A stretch of DNA of 64,000 bases, taken from Escherichia coli. GTDB lineage: Bacteria; Pseudomonadota; Gammaproteobacteria; Enterobacterales; Enterobacteriaceae. The notes under the pieces were generated by a model, which made no database searches, was not told where the DNA came from, and saw nothing but the letters and a program-made list of their open reading frames with translations. The position numbers and the translations under genes are program-made. Below are positions 30,850-41,128 of the stretch, in pieces. The stretch is from the NCBI RefSeq assembly GCF_001677475.2, contig NZ_CP012497.1; one strand, written 5' to 3'. How positions within the stretch are numbered: the stretch's first letter is position 1; every line of letters begins with the position of its first letter.

Positions 30850-31587
30850 TCACTTCGGGTATGGCTGAATCCTGAATAGCTTAGTATTTAGTCGCTTTTT
30901 TGCGCGCTTGTTCAGGAATCTGATGTAGCGATACTGATTAAATTTGTGTACCACCGCCCGCTCCTTATTAGCCCGCAAATACTCGCCTCGTTGTCCTCCA
31001 CGCTTAATCGCGTTCATCGTTATCTCGTGATACCACTCGCCGTCCAGCTCGTAGAACGTGCTTTCATGGCTACCAATAAAATCAAAATTAGATGCCTGAT
31101 ACACAACACCTGCACGTCCGCAGCGTTCGTCTGCAAAGGACTGAACCCACTCCACTGATGGATACAGTAACCTGATGGTTTTCAGTGCGTAGCTGATAGC
31201 CCGTGATTCAGAGTTGCGGGGCATGTCGTCGTGTAACCACATGCGGTTCAGTTCCATATAGCCCCGGTTATCCGTTTCCAGCACGACCCGACGCCCTGAG
31301 TTGGGATTAAGGGCGTATCCCCACTGGAGAACGCCAACCAGATCACGTCCGCTGAATACCCCCAGATGCAACCAGGAGTTATTCACAAAACGGCGGGAAT
31401 AGTGCTTTGTCTGAATGATTGTGCGGGCCAGCCAGCAGGATATGGTTTCAACGCGCAGTTCCCTTGAACCATAGCCGACAATACGGCCTTCATACTCAAT
31501 AACGCAGGGTTTTGTAAGGATGCGTGATTTCTTCTCTTTTCCCACAATACAGCTCCGTGGGATGCTCCCGGGCACTCGACATGACAA
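30850..31587 (-). CDS. mom: Mom-like DNA modification protein
   Basis: ORF directly downstream of and overlapping a Com homologue, the Mu com-mom arrangement; true start probably downstream of 31587. Confidence 0.7.
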   Translation of the reverse strand: MSCRVPGSIPRSCIVGKEKKSRILTKPCVIEYEGRIVGYGSRELRVETISCWLARTIIQTKHYSRRFVNNSWLHLGVFSGRDLVGVLQWGYALNPNSGRRVVLETDNRGYMELNRMWLHDDMPRNSESRAISYALKTIRLLYPSVEWVQSFADERCGRAGVVYQASNFDFIGSHESTFYELDGEWYHEITMNAIKRGGQRGEYLRANKERAVVHKFNQYRYIRFLNKRAKKRLNTKLFRIQPYPK

Positions 31588-31681
31588 TGTAACGTTTACA
31601 ACGAGGGCATTTGATTTCTATATGCTTAAAACTTCCTTTAAACAGCAATTTATTGCAGTTTTTACAACGAACAGCATCCAT
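31496..31681 (-). CDS. com: Com translational regulator (zinc finger)
   Basis: 61 aa [43 protein letters not shown], colinear with Mu Com as recalled (CxxC..CxxC). Confidence 0.85.
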   Translation of the reverse strand: MDAVRCKNCNKLLFKGSFKHIEIKCPRCKRYIVMSSAREHPTELYCGKREEITHPYKTLRY

Positions 31682-31803
31682 GATCCCACCTGTGTATTAA
31701 CCAGATACGATAGCCCTGAGGGCCAGGGTATTTAATCACAGATGATGCAAACTGACGATCGATACGATTGTATCGATCGTTATAAACTATACAAAATGAT
31801 GAC

Positions 31804-32393
31804 TTAATAACCGGGCGTTAACGCTCTTATATCGCTCAGTGTGGACAGCAGGGAAAGTTGCTCTTTCATCTCGCGCTGGCGTTCGTGGATTTTAAAGCCC
31901 TCCGCCACCATGGCCACCATCATGGCATCGTTCAGCGCAATAAGTTTCTCCCTGGTCAGTACGACGTTGTTATTATCCGCATCAGTCCAGAAAAATCCCT
32001 CCGGAAGCAGTCCGGCCTGCGCTGCTGCAACCACGGGGCAAGGCGTGACTGCGAGGTTTTTCCGCCATCAAAACGACGGCCATCAAACGTGAAAATAAAC
32101 TCAACGTTTTCCTGACTGTCGCGCCATGCCTCAATTTCCCGCCTTTTGGCATCCTTTGCCGCTGCAATAAGTTCCGGCGTGACGGTGAACGGGGCGATTT
32201 CGCCCCATTTCCCGCTTTGCAGCTCCTGCCAGATGTGCTGGCCTGTCGGGGCCATATCATCCTGTATGGCAGTATACAGGGCGAACTCCGTTTCACCTTC
32301 AAATAACACCTCGCAGTCAACCGCACCATTTTCAAGATAATGTGCGTTTCTGATACCTTTCACCGCTCTGATTTTCATGCCTGATTTCCTCAT
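31804..32393 (-). CDS. tail fibre assembly protein, frame broken at a T/A run near 32057-32061
   Basis: ORFs 31956-32393 and 31804-32034 are N- and C-terminal parts of one Tfa-like protein; an alternate frame reads KNLAVTPCPVVAAAQAGLLPEGFFW across the junction. Confidence 0.6.
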
Positions 32394-34684
32394 TACTCAA
32401 TGCGTACAAAAAGACCGATAAAGCCACGCTGAGTACCATAATTGTTACCCAGGCCCGAAAGCGCCGTGTAACGACCGGGGAAGTTGTATTCACCGGCACC
32501 GCCAATCACAACCTGCGGTGAGGATGCGTATGTCCCTGTATCACTAACCTGTGCACTCATGGCCAGAGGACCAAGACGGGAACCCGGCACAGTATCACCG
32601 AGTCCCAGAGAAGCATTTTCACCAAAACTTTCTCCCTGATATACCGCCATAATCGGCACACCGACGGCCGGGTATTGGTAATATGAGAACGGACCATTAC
32701 CGGCGGTTGAGGACATCAGATATGCCAGGGAGTTGCCGTCATACACAATAAGGCTTGATGTTGCATTCCAGCTGTTACCACTGTAGCGATAACGCATACA
32801 ATGTATGCTGTGCTCATCCTCGTAATACTGGTTGTAGTACAGCAGCGTTTTGAATTTACGCGCTGAGTCTGAACCATCGTTATCAGAGGGTGACCACATC
32901 ACATCAATGATACCGTTAAATTTCGTGGTGCCCACCAGCAGCGTGGAGGAGTCCGCAATACTGACCGCATAACGCCCCGGGGTGACTGTCTGCAGCCATA
33001 TAACGAAATCAGCCTGTCCGTTAAATGACAGAGCTTCGGCGCTGGTGAATGCCTGTCCAAACCCATACATCCCGGACAGGGCCAGCCTGCCCGGTGTGCG
33101 GTCACGGATATCACTCTGGGGTTCCATCGTCGCAGCCGTGCTCAGCTCAAGCTCCGTGCGCATGGCTTCAGCCGTGTCATGCGCCAGCAATGCGCGGCCC
33201 TTCTCTGACAGCAGAGACAGTGAGGCATTCCCGTCTGTATTGAAGTACAGAAGATTATCTGCCCGTTGCGTCAGTGCGCTGATTGCCGTTAAGACGTCAT
33301 TAAGCGGTTGTTTGCCTGCCAGCGCGTTTGTGATTGTCGTCGCAAAGTTCGGGTCATTGCCCAGCGCCGCTGCCAGCTCGTTCAGGGTGTCCAGAACTTC
33401 CGGCGATGAGCCAACCAGCGCAGCAAGCAGTTTGCGCACAAACGCTGCGTTCGCTGCTTCCAGACCGGCGGCATCATCCGGTGGGGTTGGGGTGGTTGGG
33501 GTGCCGGTGAAGGCCGGGCTGTCCAGTGGCGCTTTTGTTTTCGTCTCGTCCATGACGGTTTTGACAGCCTTTGGCGTGGCAGCCAGTTCCTCGCTGTCGT
33601 TGTCCGTATCACTACACAGTTGCACCAGACCTTTTTCTGTCGTGGAGGCATTTGTTGCATTCAGGTCATCAACTATCTGCTGCGCCTCATCCCTGTACTG
33701 TTTCGCTTCCTGCGCATTGTCTGCACCTGCATCCTGGCTGGCTTTAGCCTGTCGGGCGTATTCGGCGGCGCTGTTTTCATGCCCGAGTGCAGCATTTGCT
33801 GCATTTTCCGCGCTGGTTGCAGCTGATGATGCGGCATTATGATAAAGGCGGGCGCGTTCGGCGGCATCGACTGATTCGTCCCGCGCTGTGCCTGATGACT
33901 GTGCGCTGTTTTCTGCCTCACCCGCAAAACGTTCCGCATCACTGCGGGCTGTTACCGTTGCCTGCACATCCTGTGCGGTCTGCTGTGCGCTTTGTGCTGC
34001 ATTATCAGCGTGATTTTCCGCATTCTGTTCGCTTTGTGCGGCAGCTTTGGCACTGGCTTTTGCCTCGCCGGTCAGCGTTGCAGCATCAGCAAGTTTATCG
34101 ACCGCTTTCCGGACTATCGTGTCGGCATCCTTAACGGCCTGCTCTGCGCGGGCTGCATTCTGACTGGTTTCAGAGGCAAGCTCTTCAGCTTTCTGCACAT
34201 TGCCTGCAATTTCTTCTGCATCCTGCCGTATTTCCCCGGCGAGGGTTTCTGTATCCTGGCGGGCCTGTTCAGCCGCGTCCGCGTGCTCTCCGGCTTCTTC
34301 CGCGCTTTGCTGCGCCTGTTGCGCCAGTTCTTCGAATTTCTTCAGGGCTTCCGGGCGCAGGTCAATATCGGTTGCACCCAGAAAATCATTCAGTGAACCG
34401 TCCTGTGAATCTTCATAAACACGAATGACACCGATTTCTGAAAGGCGCTGTTCGCTTTGTGTCAGGCGAACGCTGTACACACCCGGCTGAACGGAAAAGT
34501 CGTACTCCCCGCTCTGTGTGGTTACGTGGCTGAAAACACCTTTCAGGATCCCTGCACGGTTGTGCAGGGAGGTCAGAGTAATGGTTGCGCCGCCCAGCGC
34601 TTCTCCCGTGGGCGTTTTAATCACACCTTTAAGCTGCGGCATCGGGACGCTCCGGCCAGTTGATGGCATTAAAGGAGGCTTCAT
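32393..34684 (-). CDS. side tail fibre protein (lambda Stf-like architecture)
   Basis: 763 aa; N-terminus like the Stf N-domain (GVIRVYEDSQDGSLNDFL), Ala/Ser/Glu-rich repeats, conserved blocks LAATPKAVKTVMDETKTKAPLDSPAFTGTPT and LNELAAALGNDPNFATTITNALAGKQP. Confidence 0.8.
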   Translation of the reverse strand: MKPPLMPSTGRSVPMPQLKGVIKTPTGEALGGATITLTSLHNRAGILKGVFSHVTTQSGEYDFSVQPGVYSVRLTQSEQRLSEIGVIRVYEDSQDGSLNDFLGATDIDLRPEALKKFEELAQQAQQSAEEAGEHADAAEQARQDTETLAGEIRQDAEEIAGNVQKAEELASETSQNAARAEQAVKDADTIVRKAVDKLADAATLTGEAKASAKAAAQSEQNAENHADNAAQSAQQTAQDVQATVTARSDAERFAGEAENSAQSSGTARDESVDAAERARLYHNAASSAATSAENAANAALGHENSAAEYARQAKASQDAGADNAQEAKQYRDEAQQIVDDLNATNASTTEKGLVQLCSDTDNDSEELAATPKAVKTVMDETKTKAPLDSPAFTGTPTTPTPPDDAAGLEAANAAFVRKLLAALVGSSPEVLDTLNELAAALGNDPNFATTITNALAGKQPLNDVLTAISALTQRADNLLYFNTDGNASLSLLSEKGRALLAHDTAEAMRTELELSTAATMEPQSDIRDRTPGRLALSGMYGFGQAFTSAEALSFNGQADFVIWLQTVTPGRYAVSIADSSTLLVGTTKFNGIIDVMWSPSDNDGSDSARKFKTLLYYNQYYEDEHSIHCMRYRYSGNSWNATSSLIVYDGNSLAYLMSSTAGNGPFSYYQYPAVGVPIMAVYQGESFGENASLGLGDTVPGSRLGPLAMSAQVSDTGTYASSPQVVIGGAGEYNFPGRYTALSGLGNNYGTQRGFIGLFVRIE

Positions 34685-35159
34685 CAGTAACGGTGCTTAA
34701 ATCCAGCGCCTTCACCGCTTTGATATATGCCATCCACTGCGTAAGACGGGCTTTGTCATCGTCGCTGATGGTGCCCAGATCCAGCTCGGTTCGCCAGTCG
34801 GAGGTGATGTCCCTGGCTTCAGCCAGAAGACGCTGGCGTTGCTTTTCTGCCAGTTGCGAATAATCAACCGGAACCGGCAGCACTTCGCCATCCAGGTAAT
34901 ACCAGCAGGCTTCAATGCCAAAACCCTCCGGCAGTTCGTCCACTTCCACAATAGTGAAACCAGCCGGATAAAGACGGGACACATCTTCCGCCATCGAAAA
35001 AATCACGCCTGTGTCAGGGTGAATACACAATTTGTATTTCTTCGTGAATTTATCCAGTGATTCATAAAAATCCTGTCCGTCTTCACTGCGGAAATACTGA
35101 ATGTTTTCACCATAAGGCATTTCTTCCGGGTAATAACGCGTGACGTTTCTGAGTTCCAT
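34629..35159 (-). CDS. tail fibre assembly protein
   Basis: Tfa-like ORF directly downstream of the first tail-fibre gene; start taken at internal Met MELRNV to avoid an overlap artefact. Confidence 0.65.
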   Translation of the reverse strand: MELRNVTRYYPEEMPYGENIQYFRSEDGQDFYESLDKFTKKYKLCIHPDTGVIFSMAEDVSRLYPAGFTIVEVDELPEGFGIEACWYYLDGEVLPVPVDYSQLAEKQRQRLLAEARDITSDWRTELDLGTISDDDKARLTQWMAYIKAVKALDLSTVTDEASFNAINWPERPDAAA

Positions 35160-35173
35160 TATTTTCTCCTTAA

Positions 35174-36169
35174 TTAACCGGATACGGTGCGCCATGAGCC
35201 ATTGATATAAACCTGAGTTTGTTTGTAATACACGCCGCCGATGTTATCCGAAGAACTTCTTCCCGTTTCCTGAACGTAAATACCTGACAAAACGCAACCT
35301 GAGGGCGCGCGAAACGTCCAGGTGATTTCGTTACCTCCGGGATTGTGAAACACTTCGCTGGTGTATCTGAAATCACGCACAGCACCAGAATCGGTACTGC
35401 TGATGGTGATATCGCTGGTGCCATCAAATGCCACATTATTAATCTTGCGGGCTGTCTGGAGTTTTGTAGCAGTTGCTGCGTTGAAACTGTCTTTTGAGGT
35501 AAAAACCTGTGCCCATTCAGACCATTCCGCCTCGTCATTGTCTCGTCTTGAGCGGATGTAAACCGGGGCATGTGCACCACTTGTGCCACTCCAGCCAATC
35601 AGTAATTCGCCTTCACCTGACGCTGTCCCCCCCTTCAGATGCAGCACATTGCCGTATGGAATGGGATAGCCGTTGTTATACGCTTCGTACATCTGAAGTC
35701 CGGTTGCTCCCTGTGAGCCACCGCTTAATGCTGTTATTCGCCCTGATGATAAAAGGGTGTCCGGTGACAGGCCAATTGCTTTAATAAACTCACTGCCGCT
35801 GTTTTTTCCAAGAATACTGCGCACAAACGCACTGAGCGGCGTTAATGCCATTGTGTCTTCGCCGGTAAAATACGGGAACGTATTATTCTCACCGGTTAAT
35901 CCGGCAATAGCTCCGGCTGAACCACTGTTCGTAATAAACTGTTTTTTCAGGGCTGCCATTATCTGACCGGTATCTGCTTTATCCGGCGTTATTCCGGCTT
36001 CTTCGAGAATTTTCAGTAATTCAGACTGAATAATATTAAACCAGTCTGGTCCTGGATAAGTGGGTGGAATACCGTTCCCGCCTTCGGTGAAATAAAGCGT
36101 TGTTTTGCTTAATTCAGCCGCAACAGGCGGCATAACAGGCACACCCGTATTATTGTCCACGTGAAACAT
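35174..36169 (-). CDS. tail fibre protein (Mu S position)
   Basis: 331-aa ORF after the gp48-like baseplate gene and before a Tfa gene. Confidence 0.65.
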   Translation of the reverse strand: MFHVDNNTGVPVMPPVAAELSKTTLYFTEGGNGIPPTYPGPDWFNIIQSELLKILEEAGITPDKADTGQIMAALKKQFITNSGSAGAIAGLTGENNTFPYFTGEDTMALTPLSAFVRSILGKNSGSEFIKAIGLSPDTLLSSGRITALSGGSQGATGLQMYEAYNNGYPIPYGNVLHLKGGTASGEGELLIGWSGTSGAHAPVYIRSRRDNDEAEWSEWAQVFTSKDSFNAATATKLQTARKINNVAFDGTSDITISSTDSGAVRDFRYTSEVFHNPGGNEITWTFRAPSGCVLSGIYVQETGRSSSDNIGGVYYKQTQVYINGSWRTVSG

Positions 36170-36172
36170 AAA

Positions 36173-36757
36173 TTATTCTCCGGTGTAATAATATTCATAT
36201 TCCGTACCCGCCAGCCGGTAATGCTTCAGCAGGCATTCCAGCTCGCGGGTACGTTCGCTGATTAATGGCGTCATGACGTCATCAATACAGGTAAACCGCC
36301 CGGCATCGTTGTCCGGGACTTCCACTTTCAGCAGCCAGCGATACCGTGCCGGATGCAGCGGGTACATGCAGTCACGCAGGCAGTGGTGCGGCAGAACGGC
36401 CGTCACCTTAATGGTGAAGCCCAGCGCCGCCGCAGCGGCTTCAATCTGCCAGGTTGCCAGCCCGCCTTTGCGGCGGTATTTCTCCACAACGGCCCGGCGG
36501 CGGGCTTCCGTTGTGGTGGCGGCAATTCCGCATTCCGGCAGCGCCAGATATTGCTCCCACTCCGGCAGCAGCTGGAGCGTGGTTTCCGGTCGCATCTCCA
36601 CATGCAGGCGCGAGGCATCGTATTCAACGCGGGTTAAACGCTCTGCCAGTGCCCTTAAAAAGCGGTTTAAATCCGCGTCGTTATCACGAGGCCATGCCTT
36701 ACCCCGTGGCATGACCTGTTGCAGTGCGGTCAGCCATTCCGTCACGCTGTGAGCCAT
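36173..36757 (-). CDS. baseplate protein, Mu gp48-like
   Basis: 194-aa ORF in the Mu-order baseplate cluster. Confidence 0.55.
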   Translation of the reverse strand: MAHSVTEWLTALQQVMPRGKAWPRDNDADLNRFLRALAERLTRVEYDASRLHVEMRPETTLQLLPEWEQYLALPECGIAATTTEARRRAVVEKYRRKGGLATWQIEAAAAALGFTIKVTAVLPHHCLRDCMYPLHPARYRWLLKVEVPDNDAGRFTCIDDVMTPLISERTRELECLLKHYRLAGTEYEYYYTGE

Positions 36758-37851
36758 GTCACCTCCCCGATGGTGATAAGCTCATCCACATCACTGGTGG
36801 TGTCTTCCCCGATGTTAAGAAAGTAATCCGTGATACCGGACGTCATACCGATGGCCGTGCGCAGCGAGGACACCGGCAGCATCTGACCGGGGGCCAGCGT
36901 TTTCTGTAATGCGGTCAGGTTTGCCCGGACGGCGTTCCTGTTCGCCTGGCTGTCCGGTGTCAGACGGATGGACAGGTCGATTTTCTTCAGCCTGACCTGT
37001 ACCGGCCAGACCTCGATGCCGCCCGGTTTGCCCACCATCACGCCGGTGGCCGGGTGTTTGTGGCAGAACAGATACTGCTCCATGGTCTTCAGGTCGTCCC
37101 GTGTGGGGATAATGTCTTCACGGTCATCATAAAGCCATGCCAGCCCGACCGTGCCGGGGCCGTGCCACGCATCCCACGCCCACGCACGGCTGACGCCCGG
37201 CACTTCACGCGCCCATATCACGTAGTCATGCAGCGCACCACCTACCGGGGGATTACGGCGCACATACAGCAGACGGTCCAGCAGCTCTGCGATGGATTCG
37301 ATATCTGCGCCACCGGTGATGCCACTTTCAGTCACCGCGCCTGTGCTGCCCGTTCCGGGCAACGGGGACAGCAGGGTCAGCACGGCACCGGCAGCAAGAT
37401 TGCCCGCAACACCGGCTTCTTCAGCCTGCACGATGACAGTGACCTCGCCGTTCTGTACCTCGCCGGATGTGAGTACCTGATACACCTGATTCGTGTCGTA
37501 CTGCATCCGGGTTTCTGCCGGAATGGGGGACTGACTGGTGAAGGTCACCGGCCCGCTGGCAAAGGTGGCCTGCTTGCGGATAACCCCTTCATACGTTGCT
37601 GTTTTGATAATGGTTTCATCATCAGACGCGGTGGACGGAATTATCTGGTCCTTAATCCAGCTCTGATGGTCGTATAAATCCCGGACCTGACTGCTGAATG
37701 ACACGTTCAGTGCCTGCTCAACACTGACAGGCGGCAGCTTTTGCAGGCCGAGTTCATACGCAATATCTTTTTCGCCGTCGGCAATCAGTTTGCCCAGCGT
37801 GGGGATTTCATACGGCATTAATGGTGGCCTCCCATCGGCGGGTGATTTCAA
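36742..37851 (-). CDS. baseplate J-like protein, Mu gp47-like
   Basis: 369-aa ORF, position and size consistent with the gpJ/gp47 family. Confidence 0.65.
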   Translation of the reverse strand: MKSPADGRPPLMPYEIPTLGKLIADGEKDIAYELGLQKLPPVSVEQALNVSFSSQVRDLYDHQSWIKDQIIPSTASDDETIIKTATYEGVIRKQATFASGPVTFTSQSPIPAETRMQYDTNQVYQVLTSGEVQNGEVTVIVQAEEAGVAGNLAAGAVLTLLSPLPGTGSTGAVTESGITGGADIESIAELLDRLLYVRRNPPVGGALHDYVIWAREVPGVSRAWAWDAWHGPGTVGLAWLYDDREDIIPTRDDLKTMEQYLFCHKHPATGVMVGKPGGIEVWPVQVRLKKIDLSIRLTPDSQANRNAVRANLTALQKTLAPGQMLPVSSLRTAIGMTSGITDYFLNIGEDTTSDVDELITIGEVTWLTA

Positions 37852-38260
37852 TTGTGAGCGTGGTTTTGTCCGGGCGGGTTAACACCACCTGAAAGGCAAT
37901 ACGGTCAGGGACGATGATTCTGGCCGTGACGGTGGCGTTACGGGCGTAACCGGCCCGCAGCAGCGGTTGCATGGACAACCGCGCGTAGTCTTCCACGCGC
38001 AGGCGGACATCTTCCGTCAGTTTTTCGCGCTCAAGCAGCCACAGGCGGGAACCCCACGAAAAATCGCTGTACGTGTCGCCCGGCCATCCGCGCGGGTCGC
38101 CGGAACCATCAGGAATGACATCATCGTCATCAGCACGGGCATCGGTGAAAAGGCAGATAAGAACCTGAGTGACCAGCCCCTCATCCAGTGAGAGGCCGTT
38201 ATGGGTGACGGTGATGTCACCCCGTGAGAGCATGTTATTCCAGCGGATTCCTGTCGTCAT
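37808..38260 (-). CDS. baseplate wedge protein, Mu gp46-like
   Basis: 150-aa ORF between the gp45-like and gp47-like genes. Confidence 0.55.
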   Translation of the reverse strand: MTTGIRWNNMLSRGDITVTHNGLSLDEGLVTQVLICLFTDARADDDDVIPDGSGDPRGWPGDTYSDFSWGSRLWLLEREKLTEDVRLRVEDYARLSMQPLLRAGYARNATVTARIIVPDRIAFQVVLTRPDKTTLTIEITRRWEATINAV

Positions 38261-38793
38261 ACGGGCGGTGATGTATTCTCATTGTCGCCGTCCTTATGAA
38301 TGTGTTCGCTGAAAGATTTGCCGTTGATTCTGACATCTTCAGTAAACTCACAGGGACCGACGAATTTCATATTTCCTGCATTTATAGCCAGTAATTCGTC
38401 GGCGGTGAGATTTACCGTTTTCCCTGAAACGTTTAATTGTTCCCCTGTGATTTCAATAATTCCGCCTTTCCTTAACGTGATATGTGATTTGCCGTCCTGG
38501 TGATACAGCCGGACGTCGCCGGGGGACAGCCCTTTCGGGCGACATCGCTTGTCCTCCACCGCGATGGCAACCAGCCCGTCACGCCGCCCGCTAACGGCCA
38601 GCACTATGGCTTCAGAACCTTCCGGCGGCACGGATGTAAAACCGTAGTTCTGGAAGCGTTCCACGTCGTCGTCGGTGGCATCTGCCAGCGTCTGGATTTG
38701 CAGGTTCTGCCGCTCCAGACTGTCAGACACCATGCGGACAATGGCACGGTCAACCATCAGTCGCAGACGGCGGGCAATGGCGTTTAATCCCAT
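38257..38793 (-). CDS. baseplate spike protein, Mu gp45-like
   Basis: 178-aa ORF with gpV-like features, in the Mu baseplate cluster. Confidence 0.6.
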   Translation of the reverse strand: MGLNAIARRLRLMVDRAIVRMVSDSLERQNLQIQTLADATDDDVERFQNYGFTSVPPEGSEAIVLAVSGRRDGLVAIAVEDKRCRPKGLSPGDVRLYHQDGKSHITLRKGGIIEITGEQLNVSGKTVNLTADELLAINAGNMKFVGPCEFTEDVRINGKSFSEHIHKDGDNENTSPPV

Positions 38794-39854
38794 GTGGCCA
38801 CCGCCTTTGTTTTCTTCGTCTTCGCTTTCATTTCCGGCATATCCAGTGATTCAGGCGGAACCAGCGCCAGAACCGTCATCCGCCCCTGTGCACCATCCGT
38901 CCAGGTCACCCCGGATATCAGCCAGGTGGTTTTCAGGTTCTGAATGCTGTCGTCGATATCGACAAGGCGGTTGGTCTGCCACAGCGGACCGCTGTCGCCC
39001 TGTTCGCGCCAGCCTGCCACCGTGATTTCCGTCGTGCGGGCCTCTCCCAGCATCCGGGCTTTGTACCATTCCCCGCGAATGCTGGCACCGCCCACGGTCA
39101 GACTGTCTTCATTGACCAGAATGCGCGGGCGGTAACGGTTAATTTCCGGGTCTTCGGTGATGTACTGGCGACCGCCCACCATCGGGGCAGGCTGGCTGTC
39201 CCACAGTTTGCCACCGGCACTGGTGGTGCCCTTGATGATGTACTGACTGTTACGCTCCCGCCAGCTGAAGCGCCCACGGGCGGCGAGGATATTTTTTCCC
39301 AGCACCAGTGACACGCCCGCGCGAACGGAAGAAGCGCGGGTGATAATCAGGTTACCCGCTCCGTCAGACGTCAGCAGAACACCGCGCTGTTTTGCCAGCC
39401 GGTCGAGCAGTTCAAAACCCGTTTCACCCTGTTCCAGAACAACGGACGCAAACGCCTCCCCGGTCGGGGTTTCCGTGATGACGGTTATTCCGAACGGGCG
39501 GCAGACATCCGCCGCCACCTGTTCAAGCCGCACGCCTTTCCATTTCCCGGACGAATGCACCACAGAGCAGTCCACCAGGTCGCCGGTTTTGTCGCGCCCC
39601 ATGACACGAATTTCCACATTGTCCGCGTCATAGCTGGGAATAAAATCATCGATATACCCCGTCAGCACGGTATCCGCACCCAGCCTGACCGTACAGGGTT
39701 GCCCCTCACGAATCACGCGCGGTGCCGCCGCTGACCAGCGTGTTGTCACACTGAGATCAAACTCACCGGCAATCGCCTTCAGGGAACGGCTGACGGACAT
39801 TTCCGTCCAGCCTTCCCACAGTTTACCGTCAACGGTAAGAATCACGGATCCCAT
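38784..39854 (-). CDS. tail/baseplate hub protein, Mu P (gp44)-like
   Basis: 356-aa ORF between the N-like and gp45-like genes. Confidence 0.6.
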   Translation of the reverse strand: MGSVILTVDGKLWEGWTEMSVSRSLKAIAGEFDLSVTTRWSAAAPRVIREGQPCTVRLGADTVLTGYIDDFIPSYDADNVEIRVMGRDKTGDLVDCSVVHSSGKWKGVRLEQVAADVCRPFGITVITETPTGEAFASVVLEQGETGFELLDRLAKQRGVLLTSDGAGNLIITRASSVRAGVSLVLGKNILAARGRFSWRERNSQYIIKGTTSAGGKLWDSQPAPMVGGRQYITEDPEINRYRPRILVNEDSLTVGGASIRGEWYKARMLGEARTTEITVAGWREQGDSGPLWQTNRLVDIDDSIQNLKTTWLISGVTWTDGAQGRMTVLALVPPESLDMPEMKAKTKKTKAVATWD

Positions 39855-41128
39855 CAGTCGGTGATCTCCACAGGTTGCGTCGGCAGAATGAATGATGGAT
39901 GGCGCAGGCGGTTACGCTGCACGATTTCATCCCGTCGGCTTGTATCCCCATGCTCGCGCCATGCCAGCAATGCGGCAGATGTGGTTGTGGTCAGCGTCAC
40001 CTGCCGGGTTTCCGGCAGACGGGCGGCACGCTCGCGGGCATCCGTAATCACGGCCTGCCGTAAATCGCGCAGCGTTCGCCACAATGCCCGCTGGTTATTT
40101 TCCACTGCTGCCACCGCCTGCTCATGCAGTTCAGCCGCCAGCACGTCACCGGCAGATAATGCCGCATCACTGGTATCGAACGTCATCGAGGCCACGGCAT
40201 TTGCCTGTCCCAGCAGAGTTTCCAGCACAACCACCAGGCGGAAGTCGTCAATGTTCTTTTGCAGGCTGTCAGATACAGGCTGATAATCCGGTGACAGCCC
40301 GATAGCAAAGCCAGGTTCGCCGTCTGCCACGCTGCCTGGCTTCACTGTGATATCTTCCGGCAGTGCGCCGGTGGCAACCTGTCGGGAGCGTTCTCCGGCC
40401 CACTGGTTGCGTAATGTCGTGTAAACCGCCAGTGCTTCGGGTGCTTCCGTCACCAGATCAACCACGCCGTTAATGAACGAGGACAGCTCACTGACCAGAC
40501 GCCCCGGCGTGGCAATGATGGTTCCGGCCATCTCCTTAAAATGGTTCAGCCTGTCCATCCACTGATTCAGTGCTGCCGGTAACGTGGGCAGGTTAGCCAC
40601 AAGGTTTTCCATATCGGCCAGAAAGCTGTCGGCCATGTCACCCAGCCCGTCAGGTACACCGAACCAGTCGCCAGCATCAATAGCCGCTTTTACCGCATCA
40701 ATACCCGTCAGCACCTCCTGCTGCGTGTTATCCGCCGCAGACGGGAACAGGCGCTCGCCTGCCTCAAACACTTCAAAGGTGACATATGCAATGCCATCTT
40801 CCTCCGTGCTGAGGCGATGGGTGACCTTGCCAACCTGTACGGTCTGTATTCCGAACCACGGGTGGATAAGCTCACCGGGGCCGGGGGTATTGAGTGCATC
40901 TAAAAGGGCGTTTAAATCATCCTGGAAGTTTTTACCCAACAGCTTTGCGTTAATCTGCTGTTGCCCCGGAACGGCCCCGTTATCATCCGTCCAGGCGGTT
41001 TCACGCCGGGGATACGCACGGGGAATGGCACGACGGCCACCGGTGCCTTCCGTATCCACCAGAAAGAAGGGGACGCCACGAAACGAAGCGTCGCGCAGCC
41101 CGTCCCATTTGCCGTTGCTTGTTGTCAT
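39854..41128 (-). CDS. DNA circularisation protein N (gp43)-like
   Basis: 424-aa ORF directly downstream of the tape measure gene, Mu order. Confidence 0.6.
   Translation of the reverse strand: MTTSNGKWDGLRDASFRGVPFFLVDTEGTGGRRAIPRAYPRRETAWTDDNGAVPGQQQINAKLLGKNFQDDLNALLDALNTPGPGELIHPWFGIQTVQVGKVTHRLSTEEDGIAYVTFEVFEAGERLFPSAADNTQQEVLTGIDAVKAAIDAGDWFGVPDGLGDMADSFLADMENLVANLPTLPAALNQWMDRLNHFKEMAGTIIATPGRLVSELSSFINGVVDLVTEAPEALAVYTTLRNQWAGERSRQVATGALPEDITVKPGSVADGEPGFAIGLSPDYQPVSDSLQKNIDDFRLVVVLETLLGQANAVASMTFDTSDAALSAGDVLAAELHEQAVAAVENNQRALWRTLRDLRQAVITDARERAARLPETRQVTLTTTTSAALLAWREHGDTSRRDEIVQRNRLRHPSFILPTQPVEITD

Noticed and set aside
32982-33842. 286-aa + strand ORF (Ala/Ser-rich) inside the tail fibre gene
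   Set aside because: It is antisense to a long minus-strand ORF with clear tail-fibre homology, is low-complexity, and has no start context; other antisense ORFs inside Mu-like late genes (e.g. 36273-36752, 48369-49502) were rejected for the same reason.
31682-36169. Invertible tail-fibre segment with Gin/Cin-type invertase
   Set aside because: No serine recombinase ORF and no inverted crossover repeats were found; both fibre/chaperone pairs are on the same strand.
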